The notes under the pieces are model-generated. The model was not told where the DNA came from and did no database searches. It saw nothing but the letters and a program-made list of their open reading frames with translations. Positions 13,623 to 26,469 of a stretch of DNA of 64,000 nt are shown here, piece by piece; position 1 is the first letter of the stretch, and the number at the start of each line of letters is the position of its first letter. This stretch comes from Marsupella aquatica (Eukaryota; Plantae; Marchantiophyta). Both the position numbers and the translations under genes were made by a program. The stretch spans positions 5,470,171-5,534,170 of the forward strand of contig OZ316893.1 of NCBI GenBank assembly GCA_973895155.1. The letters are read 5' to 3'.

Positions 13623-16084
13623 GGTCTTTGACACTTTTGGCCAAAATTGGCTAAATTTCACTCCCTATTCCACTCTACAATCAGCCAGTTTTCCACCCTA
13701 CTATGCATAGATCCCCAGTAGCCCAAATCTGATGGTAATAGTTAAAAGTACTCAGGTATCATGGTCATAATTCAATCTATCAAAATTACATACGGAGTAT
13801 CCTAGCATCCTCTGCTGATGTTCGCCACCCTAGCTAGAAGTAAGAACCTCTAAACTTACACTGTTGGAGACATCTTGGTGGGAAGAGGCATTGTTGGGGC
13901 AAAACGAGGATTTGATTTTTGGAAGCTATGGCGGAAGAAAATCTTGTGGAGGAGTACTTGGGGAGGTTCGAGCACCAGCCGAGTCATCAATTACTGCAAG
14001 TGAGACTAATGGTTTCGAATTGGCTGATATGCTGTTGCCCAACTTCCTCTCCATGTTTCCAGTGGCACTACAAAGAGATGGCAAGATATGGATTGAGGAC
14101 ATGGATCAAAGCTTGGACACAATGACAATACAAAGAAATGCCAATAGTCTACTCCAAATCACATTTGATTGGCCGGTGGCAAAACCTTGCAAGAGGCAAT
14201 TAAGAGGAACTTCCCCATGAACCACAAAAAGTTTGAAAGATGGTAGCTAGAGCGGTTAGAAATAATTGTATCCCTTCGTTGCTTACACTGGTCCAAAATT
14301 ACTTCAATGGATTGAATGCTTTAGAGCCACTTAAAAAGGGGACGGTATCAATCCAAACTTAGGACGGGATGCCCTTGGCGAGTATCTTCCTAATAAATCC
14401 TGATGAGAAGCTTGAGTTGCGTCTAGGCTTCTAGAGTGAAGAATCTAGACCGTGACTGTATGCCCCACCACAATTGATGTGAATGGAAAGAACCATGGGA
14501 TGTTATGTATGTAAAAATGATAATCATGCATGATAATTGTTGTCATATTTTCTATTAGTATCCAAAGAAAGGGTAGTGAGGCTAGTGTTACAGAAAGTAA
14601 GCTAAAGCACCATACTGATCATTTAGCAAGAGTCCATAGTAGTGGACTAATATAGAATGTTAAAGGAGGTGAGGGATGACGATTGTGACATGAGTGCGCA
14701 ACTTGTATGTCAGAATGTGAAAAATTGTACCCTGAGCAAGGATAGAAGGTTGCTTTTTAAAGGTGGTGAGGCTGAACTTGGAGCTACTGAAACTGCCCTA
14801 CCTGCCCAGCTAAAAAATAATTCACAAGCTTTTGCTAGGAACCTTACCCACTGCTCCCAAATAGCAAACAGAAAAGGCCTCCATCTCCTCTCCTTGGTAC
14901 TGAAGTTTGACAATATGTATCAAGTAGTCATGTTTCTCTGATAGGCGTGGTTGAAATTGTTGTCAGTTGTAATTTCTCCTGCATGCTTTTGCCATAAGCA
15001 CTTCGGCAAGACAAGCACTTTGGCAAGACAAGAAGCCTGACAAGAAGATAGGATAATCCTACGTGCTAATGCTCCTTAAGACACCACTGTCCATATAAAA
15101 GGAGAAGTGTCCAAGACTCCTCTTTTTTTCATATTTCTCTCCTCTAGCATGAGACTTTGCTCCACAATTTCAGGAAAAATATACTAAAATTTTAGTCTAG
15201 CCTGAAATGATCATCCTTTTCGACATATTCCTTGACAGGTGGAGTAGTTACATCAATCAATTCTGCGAGTCAAGGAAGGTAGAAACTGGCATTGTCCATG
15301 AATCCTAATTAAAACCACCTTCCAACTTGGGAAAAGAGTGTGTAGTACCACAAAATGAATGTGACATTCTAAAGAAGAGAAAATTCATAGGAAAAGTCAG
15401 TAATCTGTCCGTGTGTTGTGCAAATGTAATCTTAGAATTTGAGGCCCATGAACTACCAACTCTGTATATATAGCATGTTCATTTTGGAACATGTTTGAGT
15501 TTTTGTCTTGTAGTGATTTGAAACTAAATAAAATATGAGAACATAACTAGAAGGATTGGTGCACAATGACCAATGAAAAGTACAATCAAGGATGCTACTA
15601 TGTCTACACTTAATTCAATGTACTCATGAATGACACTCATTTCAATAAAAACCATAAACTTAGGAAAGAAAGACATAATGGGAATTTAAGACACAATCAT
15701 AACCATTTCTCTCACTCATGAGAATACTTTGTTCTAGTGGTAGAGCCATTCCTTTATCTATGATAAATCACAACCATCAAAATTTATAAAGGGGCTGCAA
15801 AAATAAGTTCAAAATACTCTAGAATCTTAAAATTACAGGGGTCCATAAATTAAATACAAATGTATATTATACACAGGCTGCCCCTTGATAAGGCACATTG
15901 AAATAAAAATATATGACACCAAAACTGTGAATAAGACAAAATCTGATAGGTGTATTCACCATATAGCATATAGCACTTTCAAAAATGTATATATGCAGCA
16001 GACAAATTGAAGAACTGGAAGAGAAAAATTCCCACAAGCAGAAATGCTAATTTCATTATGTTACTCAGGAGGGCCTAATAGAGT

Positions 16085-16405
16085 ACCTGCAAGACTGACA
16101 CTTGACAACGGCACATTCAAACATTAAGCGGAATGACATGTAAGATGACACTTGACAATGGCAGATGTAAACAATGAGGGGAATGACATGTAAGACTAAC
16201 ACTTGACAACGGCAGATTCAAGCCAAGAGCGGAATGACATGTAAGACTAACATTTGTGATCATAAAATTCAAACAAAGAGCGGAATGACATGTAAGACTA
16301 ACATTTGTGATCAGAAAAGTCAAACAAAGAGCGGAATGACATGTAAGACTAACATTTGTGATCAGAAAAGTCAAACAAAGAGCGAAATGACATGTAAGAA
16401 TGACA
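16085..16405. repeat. 51-bp minisatellite, about 6 copies
   Basis: GGAATGACATGTAAGACTAACATTTGTGATCAGAAAAGTCAAACAAAGAGC and variants; explains the 17-aa periodic ORFs on both strands. Confidence 0.92.
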
Positions 16406-17020
16406 CTACTGTGTCACTTCCTCGAACGGGACACAGTTTTGAAAGTGCACCCAAGAAGTAGGTGCACCATCCTCCCTCCCGGTTGCATCAACAGAAGCAA
16501 TGCCTGGGTCGGAGGTCTCACAGTCAGAAAGGAGGACGTGAGAACAGATGGATGAGGAGTCTGGCTGCGCTGTATCTCACTTGTCGAATGCGCTGAAATA
16601 AGTCATTTCAAGCACACATTTTGTCAGAGGATGCGAAATGAGAGTTTTGCTAAACCGATTTTAGAGCTATTCTTGTTGCTGGTATTAATTGATCTCAACG
16701 TCTGTAGAGGTTGGTGTTTGGGTATCCTCCTTGAGGATTAGCTGGTTCTTGGCAGCCAGCAGGAGTCGCGGTCCTAAGGATCTCACACTCAGCAGCGCAC
16801 TTGAGCACAGGATTACATCATCTCCTGGTACGTCTGTCGTGGCAAATGTACAAGGCATTCTTCTTAGCGCGAAACTGAGCCTAGGGACTTCTGTCATTCG
16901 AGATAGGCAGGTCAGCGTAGTGCCGGTTCAACCTGCCAACGGTCAAGTCACACTCATCGTCCGAATCTTCTCCTTGTGCCAATGTTCGATATATGAAGGT
17001 CATTGTTCAGTTTCATCACC

Positions 17021-17952
17021 CTATCGAAACTCCACTCTAAATAAAGTCCCCAAGCATCTTACACTAATAAAAATTGAAAACTTCTTGCTGCCGATCATCT
17101 TGTAATGCACATGAAGCACCAGCATATACATTTCTCTTATTTCGAACCGCGAATAAAATTGAAAAATCATTCCAACTCTTCTCAAGGGAAGTGATCCTGA
17201 GCGGTCCAAGGCCGTGGCCCCAAACGAGCGCACTAACATTCCCGGTGTGCCTCAGAAATGAATAAATTTCACAATTAGGCATGGAAGTCACGATTGTGCA
17301 TTGAGATGGACTCTGAGTGTTAAATAAACCATTGAGCACACAAGATTTGGTCATGGCGCGCAGGTACCGAAATAGAGTGAATAGGGAAATTGAATATGTA
17401 CCTGGTTAGGATCGAATCTCTTCATGAGTCCAACCACTTCATTTTTTGTGAAGACGCGCAGGAGACACAGTAATTGTCCAGCCCAGAAGTATCCAAGCTC
17501 TCCATAGGTAAAACATGAGCATTGATCAGCACTAATATGATCTACGTGAGAAAAGGCCACCCAACTGCCAAGAGCGTCCAGATTATTTGAAACCACGGCG
17601 TCTGAGCTATACAAGAACTTCGTCGCACCATTGTCACGGCCAGCAAATGTGGCTGGGTTCATATCTTCATGATCAACAGGTTCACCCAGGCTCTGTCTCG
17701 TGACAGGGGCTGCCTTCTCAGCTGTTTTCTTGGCCAGAGCCACCCATGCTTTCCACTTACGACAGAGAACCATCCACCTCCGCCCATCGACAGATTTCTC
17801 AGTCCTGGTCGAATTGTAGTCCTGTCTTGATGTCTTGAGACAAATGTCATCGCTGAGGCCGACGATGTGCGTACCAAGCACTTCGTACTGTCCCAGAAGC
17901 CCATAATTGCCCACTACAGAAATCAACATGGTCCTAGTTCTGCATGTGTCCA
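17021..17952 (-). pseudogene. internally deleted duplicate of the CCR-like gene at 26.4-28.1 kb
   Basis: VVGNYGLLG, TSSASA (shifted frame), KAWVALAKKTAEKAA, MKRFDPNQ and a last-exon homologue (MIGSKKF...FRVEF) all match the 26-28 kb gene; exon 2 is missing and the ATG is replaced by GTG. Confidence 0.85.
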
Positions 17953-19349
17953 CTTTAATTAGAAATCCCATTCTGAAGTGCTCGCAGTTCCTTTCCATGC
18001 CTCGAAACTGCCATTTGTGTGAAACGGAAAGTTGCTCCGAAATGGGCCGACACAGTCGCCTCGGAATTCTTAAGAGCAGGGTCTCACGTCGAGGGTGGGT
18101 CAAACATCAATACAGTAGGGCAAGAGAACGAACCACCACAATAAACAGATCCTGAACTCCCTCAGGTTCTAGACTAGATCAAGGACAGTAAGAATCAACT
18201 TTGCAGGAGTTAATTACTTATAGTTCATCCAATCTGAAGAACGGGCAGCGAGTAGAGTAGACAGAGAACAGAGGCAAACCATATTGGGCTAGCTGATTGT
18301 CAGCACAGTAGAACACAACGCAAATGAAAAGTAACTTAGATCTGTGATAATTCCCCGGATAATTCAGTAAACGATCCCATTTACCGTTACAATAATATAC
18401 AGTCTCCAAAAGAATCGCTTCTAGCTATCAACACTAAGAGTTTGAGGGTTTGATCGGAGGCCACCATAGTGAAGATGACCGTGTCTTTTGAAATCCTGGT
18501 TGTGACACTTTTGCTCGACCAAGACAAACTTTTGATTGAAATCTGAGAGACCATGTAGGTCAAGGTTGGTAGCTCGTCCTACATCAAAAAAAGTTGAACC
18601 ACAGTCCGTTTCTGTACACTCTGTTTATCTGCTCACGCATTGTGTCTGACTCGGAATCGAAAAACCTCGAAGCGCTTTTCGATTCGGAGTCAGGCAGATG
18701 CAAAAATAGACTTCCAAATGGAAAAGAAAAGGACGGTGATTCAACTGCTGCCGAAATAAGCTATTGGCCACCTCCTTCGTGCAGTGCCATCCAATATCAA
18801 TATTTTAAACCACTCCTCCGAGCCTTTTTGTCTATGCGACCTGCGAGATTGCCCCAAAGTCTCAAGAGCTGCATGCACATACTTGCCTGGCATGAATCAT
18901 GGTCCGCGCAACAACAAAGTAGCAGGCAGAAAGGTCCCCAATAGTCCAGAGGTCTAACGCCCGCTCCACCTTATTCCACCTCATTCCTTTAAACCCTGTT
19001 TCACGAATCCGATCTCCTTTTCTCCAGACTCGATCAAGAAAACGCCCATTGTTCGATCCGAATTTCTGCCGGATTCACTGTCAATTAATTCAAATGAATG
19101 ACAACAGCGATCACATAAATATGCCAAGATACGAGACTTTAATGAAGCCTTGATTGCACCACAGATTCAGATCCGTAGGGCAATCTCGCCTACTCGAACA
19201 GAGCCCACTCCTGCGGTCTTGGGTTACGTTTTGAGTCCCTTATGAGGAGACTCATCATGCGCTTGATCCCGGATTCGAATTCTGCCCTGCTCTTACTGTG
19301 ATATTCCCTTCAGCAGAGAAAAATCACTCAGCGACCGAGTACAAGATAC

Positions 19350-20033
19350 TCACTCTACAACTATGCCGGGTTGAGCTCTTTGAGCGAAATCTGGCAGAGG
19401 ACTTTTAATATAATCCGGCCTCCCCTTTGACCATGATCTCACAAACTGTCTCGGCTCGTTGAAAGTTCGGGTAGGCGTGGCATCGGGTAAGTCGATTTTC
19501 CCTCCCATCGCCAGTCCACCCAGACCGCCGGGCTTCGCAGCGAACGACTTCATTGTGGTGACATAAGCCTCCTGCAGAATGGCGATCAGCCTGGAGAAAG
19601 TAATTCGCTGTGAATCATCTCGAACTTCGTTGGACGGTGATTTTCTCTTCTTGGCTTTGCTCTTGGCATCGAGGACCGCCTTCGAGTTCGAAGGCTCTCC
19701 ACTACTGGGATCGCTTCGTGGTAACGCTCTGTTCAGGAAGTCTTCATCAACTCCATCTGCAGCCTTCTGCTGGCTCATGGGCCTCTTCCCGCGGTCTCGG
19801 CTACTGCCATGGAACGGGAGTACGCACATGTGATCCGCCAACCTCATGGCGGCCAAATTTACTCCCTTCGCTCTCGCCTTAGCTATCAGCCCGTACTCGA
19901 AGATTGTCAATTGCTGACCAACTTGGTCCGCAAGGTTCGATCTAGCTACTACCAGTTCTTCCTTCTCCCTGCCTCGCTCCCTGCTGCGTAGAGCGTCAGT
20001 CCAAGCTTTTGATGTTTTCTGGGGCGAGCTCTT
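19350..20033 (-). CDS. orphan coding-like exon, unknown product (227 open codons)
   Basis: Open from an acceptor-like AATATAG (20035) to a donor-like GA|GTGAGT (19353); charged composition with an NLS-like KAKKRK; no recognisable domain. Confidence 0.45.
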   Translation of the reverse strand, partial: KSSPQKTSKAWTDALRSRERGREKEELVVARSNLADQVGQQLTIFEYGLIAKARAKGVNLAAMRLADHMCVLPFHGSSRDRGKRPMSQQKAADGVDEDFLNRALPRSDPSSGEPSNSKAVLDAKSKAKKRKSPSNEVRDDSQRITFSRLIAILQEAYVTTMKSFAAKPGGLGGLAMGGKIDLPDATPTRTFNEPRQFVRSWSKGRPDYIKSPLPDFAQRAQPGIVVE

Positions 20034-20952
20034 CTATATTCGATGTGCTTGATCCCTTGATGGGCTCACAATTTAGGGTGTGAGAAATGACAAGTTCGGA
20101 GCTCTGCAATTACGGCCCTTGACCGGGTTACGAGATGTGCAATACTAACTAACGAAGGGAGCAGCAGATCAAAATTTAGCAATGCTCCGGGCCAGCAATG
20201 AGATTTAGCGACACATATGAATTGCAATCCATCTAAGAGATCTGATCTGATCCGTATCCATCAGTAAAAGTCATATAGTGCGCCTGTGACTACAGCGACC
20301 GTCGGCCTCTAAAGCGATGCGATGATTCAGATCGAGACTGGCTGATGAACAATGGCCAGAGATTGTCCGGTAAATACTCCGTCCCTTGCGAAAGTGGAGT
20401 TCCAGGTCGGATCACCGCCGTTGCCCCACGTACCGCTGAGCCTGACAGCTAGCTGTCAAGTGACCGACCTCTCGAGAAGACTTTTGCCGATGCCAAACAG
20501 TTCTAACGAAGGCGAAAATAATGAAGACTTTGCTGCACAACTAGCTCAAATCTTCACGTGCTAGAGTGGAGAAAACGTTTTTATTAAGAATCAGTTGGCG
20601 CCTCCTACTTCGCCGCACGTCTCTCTAGCCCACACTTTTCTTTCTAGTTACATGACAGAGCCTCGCACGACGGTTCCGTAGCGATCTCATCAGGCACGGC
20701 CTAAACCCCAAATACTCCCAGAATCTTATCATGGTAACTTGTGTTCTTCGTCCACTGGATTTTGTAGAAGTGGTACGGGTCAATTGGGGGCCTCAAATCT
20801 CAAAATTTTGATGGATCGTAACTAGTAAGTTAAAGTTAGGGATGGTTACCAAATTAGTAATCCCTAAATTTGCCACTGTAGATGCTAGTGGAAAAACTTT
20901 TGAAAGCGTTTTACAGCGCCCCGTGAAAAAGCCATAAATAATTTGAAAATGG

Positions 20953-21047
20953 CCAAAAACGCTTTGAGACTCCAGCTTCGAGAGGCCCAAATAAAGCGTC
21001 CAAAAACGCTTTGAGACTCCAGCTTCGAGAGGCCCAAATAAAGCGTC
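20953..21047. repeat. perfect tandem duplication, about 47 bp
   Basis: CCAAAAACGCTTTGAGACTCCAGCTTCGAGAGGCCCAAATAAAGCGT twice. Confidence 0.92.
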
Positions 21048-24000
21048 ACAATTGTCAGGCACGAAAACGTCATGTCCATGAGCAGCACCGTTGGGTCTAC
21101 GAGCTACACGCCTTTACAGCAAGCCCCAGTACTCGAAGTTCAGAGCCATCTGATCAGATTGATGTGGAAGGTCTCGCCGTCTTGGTAATTCTAGACTCAC
21201 CACCACCGAAACTGACAGGGTTCCGAAAGTCGTCCAATTGTCCAGATTAGAATCCGCGGGCAAATGAAAAGTGCATCGGTGTCGGGCAATTATCCCACGT
21301 GGATGGCGCCGTGGAAGGCGGCATATAATTCCGAAGCACTATTCTGACTTTCTTAGAAGGGTCCTCGCCTCCTTGCCATCCCCCGAAGTCTACGCGGTAA
21401 CGGATCGAATTGGACCGTTTCCGCCATGATCCATGGTAGCACCGGATCACTAGGGGTCAGCAGGATCAGGAGCCCACATGTCAGCACACTTAGCGCCCCG
21501 ATCGACGAATCGAAGCACACTGTATTTTGTTTTCAAAGTACGCGAGAATTGACCCAATGAAATAACAACGGCGACAAATGTGGACCTGGTCTGCAACTTA
21601 CTTGGAGAGCCCCATCGCCCATTCTACCGTGCATACCGGGCTTCACAATTCTCCACTATTCGTTCTCAAGAGTTCCCCTCATGACAATGGAATGGTTGCA
21701 AACCGTGTCGATATCGAGTCGCTGAGTTCGATTGCAAGCCGTCTGAGACGGTGATTGATTTTTGCAATTGGGTCTTCTTGTAATGAGAGCGTCGTGACAG
21801 TGAACTTTTCTTAACAAGGTGACAAAGACTGGCTGAGAGGTTTAGATTTACACATTAGGGCTTCTCGAACCACACTACTTCCACGACCATTTCTCGAACG
21901 ACTACTTCTACGACCATTATCCCTTACCAGAATGCTCCTGCCAAGGTCATGGAGCAAGAATCTATAGTTGACCTAAAATGTGAATGTCAGCAACTCAGGC
22001 GGTCAGATAGCTTAACTGTGCCCACACCAAAAACCACACCAAAACCACTGTACAAGTGCATCAATGTCATTCAGAAGAGCTGTAGTCCATTAAAAGTTGA
22101 TGATGTGGAGTTGACCTCAGGCATTGTGTTGTCATTTTCTAAAAATCCCCTCAAGTAGAGGTATTTGCTCCAAAGAACCCCCAAGTGATCCAGACCTTTG
22201 ATTGACCTTAAATAAACCTACCCAAAACCTCAGCCAGGGTCCTATCAAGCAACCAGTGGATTCTGGGACCAACACAGATTGACCTCATAAAACTAAGGTT
22301 AGAAATGTTGTGAACTCAAAATTATGTCCCCGATTATGTCTCGTTCTCAATATCTCATTCTGGTCCAGCAGAACTGCAGGAGACTTAGAACGAGGCACAA
22401 TCGTCCCAAGAGGATCCTTGCCTAAATGATAGTAAACTCACCCCGAGTTGGTTAAATTACGTACAACTGTACTTATTGTTCCTGCATCCCAGGAGATAAA
22501 TTGTCATCATAAAACCTGTGAGGTACTCTCAGGGTACCTTAAACTTGTTACTTATGGACAGTACTCATTAGTGCTTCATTTATCTTTCCATAATTATTCG
22601 TTCCTTGGAAATAGCCTAATGTAGTTCATAGGAAATGAAGTTGTTGTGTAATTGAATGATCTGTAGCTACAGTAAATAGCTTGAAGATCTCTTTCCACAA
22701 TTACGAAAAACCATCACCAGTTTAGTCATGATGAGTTCCAATCTGTGACAATACCCACCATAGTCCTTAGTGCTACCGTGGTTTCCACATGCAATATTCT
22801 TGTGGACAGAGCTTTTGACCCATAATTATGTCTCTAGTATTCTAGATGGGTGCTTAGTAAACACGGTTCGCATCTTGGGGCAACCTCCATCTGAAAACAA
22901 GCAGTAGATAACAGAAGTTGAAGTAAAATGTACCACCACATAATTTACCAATTGACCAAGCACTTTGGGAAACAACAAAAAACTGTATTTTTTCATGTAT
23001 TACGTGCGATCTTGACTTGAATCTTGATCTAATTAAAATAGCCATGTTTAAAAAGAATGTTCCATAATTATTCATATGTGAAAGTTGAATGACCCATTTG
23101 CTTTACTAAAGGTATCAATTGGGTCAGTTCTTGCTTACATTTGCTGTACACACCCTATTTTATTTCTCTCTTTATAAAATTAGTATGATTGCCCATGACT
23201 CTACTGGTCACTTGTAGTGGACACCTGGACTGTTGGGGTCTGTGGGAAATTCAATTTCTTGCTACTCATTACTACACCTTCTTTTTCTATTTCCAAATTT
23301 TCCTACTCTTGGGGATTTCCCTATATGGAGCATCTCATCACCTGCCACGTTCCCGGCCACATTCTGAAGTCTTGAACACCCTAAAGAAATTTAAAATTTA
23401 TTTGTCTCTCCTATTAGTTTGGAAATTCTTAAAATACTATGTTTTCTCACAAGCTCTAGAATTGGATTTCAAACACCTTCATGTTTGTCCACAAATATAT
23501 TTGAGCCTTTCAGTAGTTAGAACCAATAAAACAACTTGATCTTTATCGCGCAAAAGATAAGATGTGTCATTTTTGAGGAAGGTGAGACCCCCAAATGCCT
23601 ACTACAAGAAACGGCTGGTTTAGCAGTCCATGTTCTTAAATTGCATGAATTGCCTAGAAATTCAACGAGCGGAACAGGCAATAAAAACTACAAAGGCAAG
23701 CATGAATAAATTATTGAGGTCATGGAAGCCTTACGTCTTTGCTGATATAAGGACAGCCATCAGATGTTCAAAGACCTAGCCAATCCAACCACGGCTGACA
23801 GCAATTTCTTCCAAATTTTCTTTAACATTTGTTCTCCTCATTTGTCTTTGTATGATCAATCCACAAGGAGCTGAATAATGGGAGGCTTTGGCAGTATTCT
23901 GCCAATTAAAGAATCCCTACTAGCAACAATTACTAGCATAGTTATTCAAATTTTGTAAGTGAATACAGATTTAAGAACGTTCAGAGCATTTTGATTTAAG

Positions 24001-24058
24001 CACACTGGCTGCATGCATTATTCCTATACTTTTTAAGCAAAAATATGAGAACATGTAT

Positions 24059-24400
24059 TGTTAGACACTAATTCTTACACATAGAGTTATTATGTAATCA
24101 TAGTTAGTCTAATGTAATCAGGTGCTTTATGAAAATTAGATATGTTATTACTATATTCACTAGGAATACTTACTGAGTGAGTAGAACTTAGCTAGGCTCA
24201 TTGTTACTAAGCCAATTAAGAGAGAAAAAAATATTAGTAGGTGGGGACTCATATGGCCAATGAACTTATAGTTCAATAAAGTTCTCTTGTGTGTTCCCAT
24301 AAAAGTTGTGTGTTCCCATAAACGCAGCCTCTGAGAAGTGAATTGTGTATCTCCCCTGTCCACTAGGTGTGTGTTTGCTCCATGTTGCACATGTGCATGT
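24059..24400 (+). mobile_element. degenerate (probably solo) LTR related to the two copia elements
   Basis: Starts TGTTAGA; retains AGGCTCATTGTTAC, ATAAAGTTCTCTTGTGTGTTCCC, GCAGCCTC and GTATCTC blocks of their R/U5; 3' end and TSD not resolved. Confidence 0.7.
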
Positions 24401-24866
24401 TGTCATATGAAGGATCTTTTGCTCATGATGTAGTAGCTTCCTTTGTAGCATTGAAGCAATACATAAGTGTGGGGTCCACAAACTAATTTCATTGCCATAT
24501 TGATTGACATTCACAGTGTACTCATCTTTTTAGTCACATGCAATAGAAAGAAATGTGAGTTGGGGTGTTTACTCACAATAAATAAGACATTATATTCTAC
24601 TGTGTAATTGACAAGATCCAGGCCATACAGTAGTCTGAGCGAGTCATTTTCAAGTCATTAAACCTTCGATTTTCTACGAGTGTACTTTCATAAAGTGAAG
24701 CTTGCACATGCAACTTTGGTAAACTTACTGCTTGTAAAGTGACATAATAAGGACGGAGATAGGTCCTCCACTGGCTAGTATCTAAATCTCTCCTTGTACC
24801 ACTGTCATTCAAAAGAGAGGTGAAAAGTTTTTAGCATTGAATATGGTGTCCAAAAAAGCGGGCCAA

Positions 24867-24940
24867 TAAGATTTCATTCTAGCTTTGAATCACAAGTGAC
24901 AGTAAGATTTCATTCTAGCTTTGAATCACAAGTGACAGTA
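24867..24940. repeat. 36-bp tandem duplication
   Basis: TAAGATTTCATTCTAGCTTTGAATCACAAGTGACAG twice. Confidence 0.9.
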
Positions 24941-25339
24941 GTATATATATATATCGCCCAACTAGGAGACATAACCAAAGGCAAAAAGACCCAATTAAGG
25001 GAGGGGAAAGGGAAAGACCCAATGATAGAAAAAGAAACCTTCAGAGTCAGAAGGTTGGGTTTCTGCTCACACCAAAGTAAGATACGATCATCTTTGCTGA
25101 CACATTATTTATGTGTGATCTGATGTTGAACGGCATGGGATGTTCTTCGTGAGTGTGTAGTGACAGCAGAGGAAGGGGAGAACCCTGAGGGGAATCACCG
25201 ATTTTTGCTTTGAGAGAGCACGGTATGGCTTGTCCTGGGTTTGCTAAGTAACAGTTATTACCATAGGGATTCCTAACGAACATTTATCACCAGAATCTCC
25301 CTCAACTTCGGAGCCAACTACTAGGGAGATTAGGAGAAA

Positions 25340-25560
25340 GAAGAGGGCTCAAGCTTATGTGTCCGGAGCGGAGTTGGGGCGACACAGACAGTTACTGAGG
25401 AATTACTATCATTGTTTTGTTTTTGGAATGGCAGACTCGAGCAGGTTGAAGGACCCAATTATTCAGATTGACTTGTCCGTCGATGCTCCTATATTTAGTA
25501 GACAATATGGTTATTCAAATTTGGAGAGGTCTGTCTTTGGCTTCAAAGCTCGTGGAAAAG
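25340..25560 (+). mobile_element. Ty3/gypsy pol relic (region just N-terminal of RT)
   Basis: QLLRNYYHCFVF...IQIDLSVDAPIFSRQYGYSNLER resembles the gypsy pattern LL..Y..CF....I.L..D.PI..RPYR.S..E. Confidence 0.55.
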
Positions 25561-26132
25561 ACATGTGGGGACTATGTACAGGAGTTATGCCGACCATGAT
25601 ATCGTTATTCAGATTTGGAGAGTCAGGGCTGTACTTGATTTGCTTTGCTTGGAGTTAGGCTGGTGGAAAAGTCACATGGGGAAAAGTCATGTGGGGAGTG
25701 AGCTTATGTTACAATTATGTCAGTCAAGAAGGATATGTATATCAATTAGACCCATAGGCCAGCCTGAGCAGATTCATTCGCCTATCAACCTGTGCGGGGC
25801 TCTTTCTGGGCAGCCAGTTTACATCAGGGGAACATGTTTCTGTACTAAGGGATCTCTTACCTTTCTTGGTCTTCCCTGCCATGGCCCATGGGGGCCCCTT
25901 CACTTCTGGTGTATATATTCTTTGAATAAACTCCTCTTGCAAATGAAAACATGAATTGAGTATTTGAGCAAAGTTGAGTACAGGTTTGAATCCAACTCGT
26001 TGCATCGACCATTAATCTCATGCACGACTGCTATTCAAGAAGAATCGGAAATCAGAGCCCTTCCCGCCAAGTTCTCCAATTTACTGCACTGCAACGAGTT
26101 GGCCGTTCGCTGAACACAGAAACCATTGAGTT

Positions 26133-26194
26133 TTCTAGGCTCCATAGATATCTTAGTTTGACTTTCTAGGCTCCATAGATATCTTAGTTTGACA
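26133..26194. repeat. 30-bp tandem duplication
   Basis: TTTCTAGGCTCCATAGATATCTTAGTTTGAC twice. Confidence 0.9.
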
Positions 26195-26469
26195 CGTAAA
26201 GAATGCTCCCTCTGCGGTCATCAGGATCCACAGGGATTTATCATTTCCTGGTGGATCAATTTTTACAAAACTACATGATCAAATGAACGAACAAATGAGC
26301 ATTCTTCGATCATACTGTTAAACCTAGCCTCCGAATTTTGTCATTTGAGATGAGCAACGGAGTGTAGGACTGCTTTAACCTGCCAAAGCTCACGTCAATC
26401 GATTTCGTCAGAATCTTCCTTTCGTGACGAAGTTCAATGAATGAGGTCGCTGTGAGGTTTCATCACCCT

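Noticed and set aside
16085-16405. CRISPR-like array or repeat-protein ORFs
   Set aside because: The variable parts are homologous to each other, the context is eukaryotic, there are no cas genes, and the ORFs result from the 51-bp period
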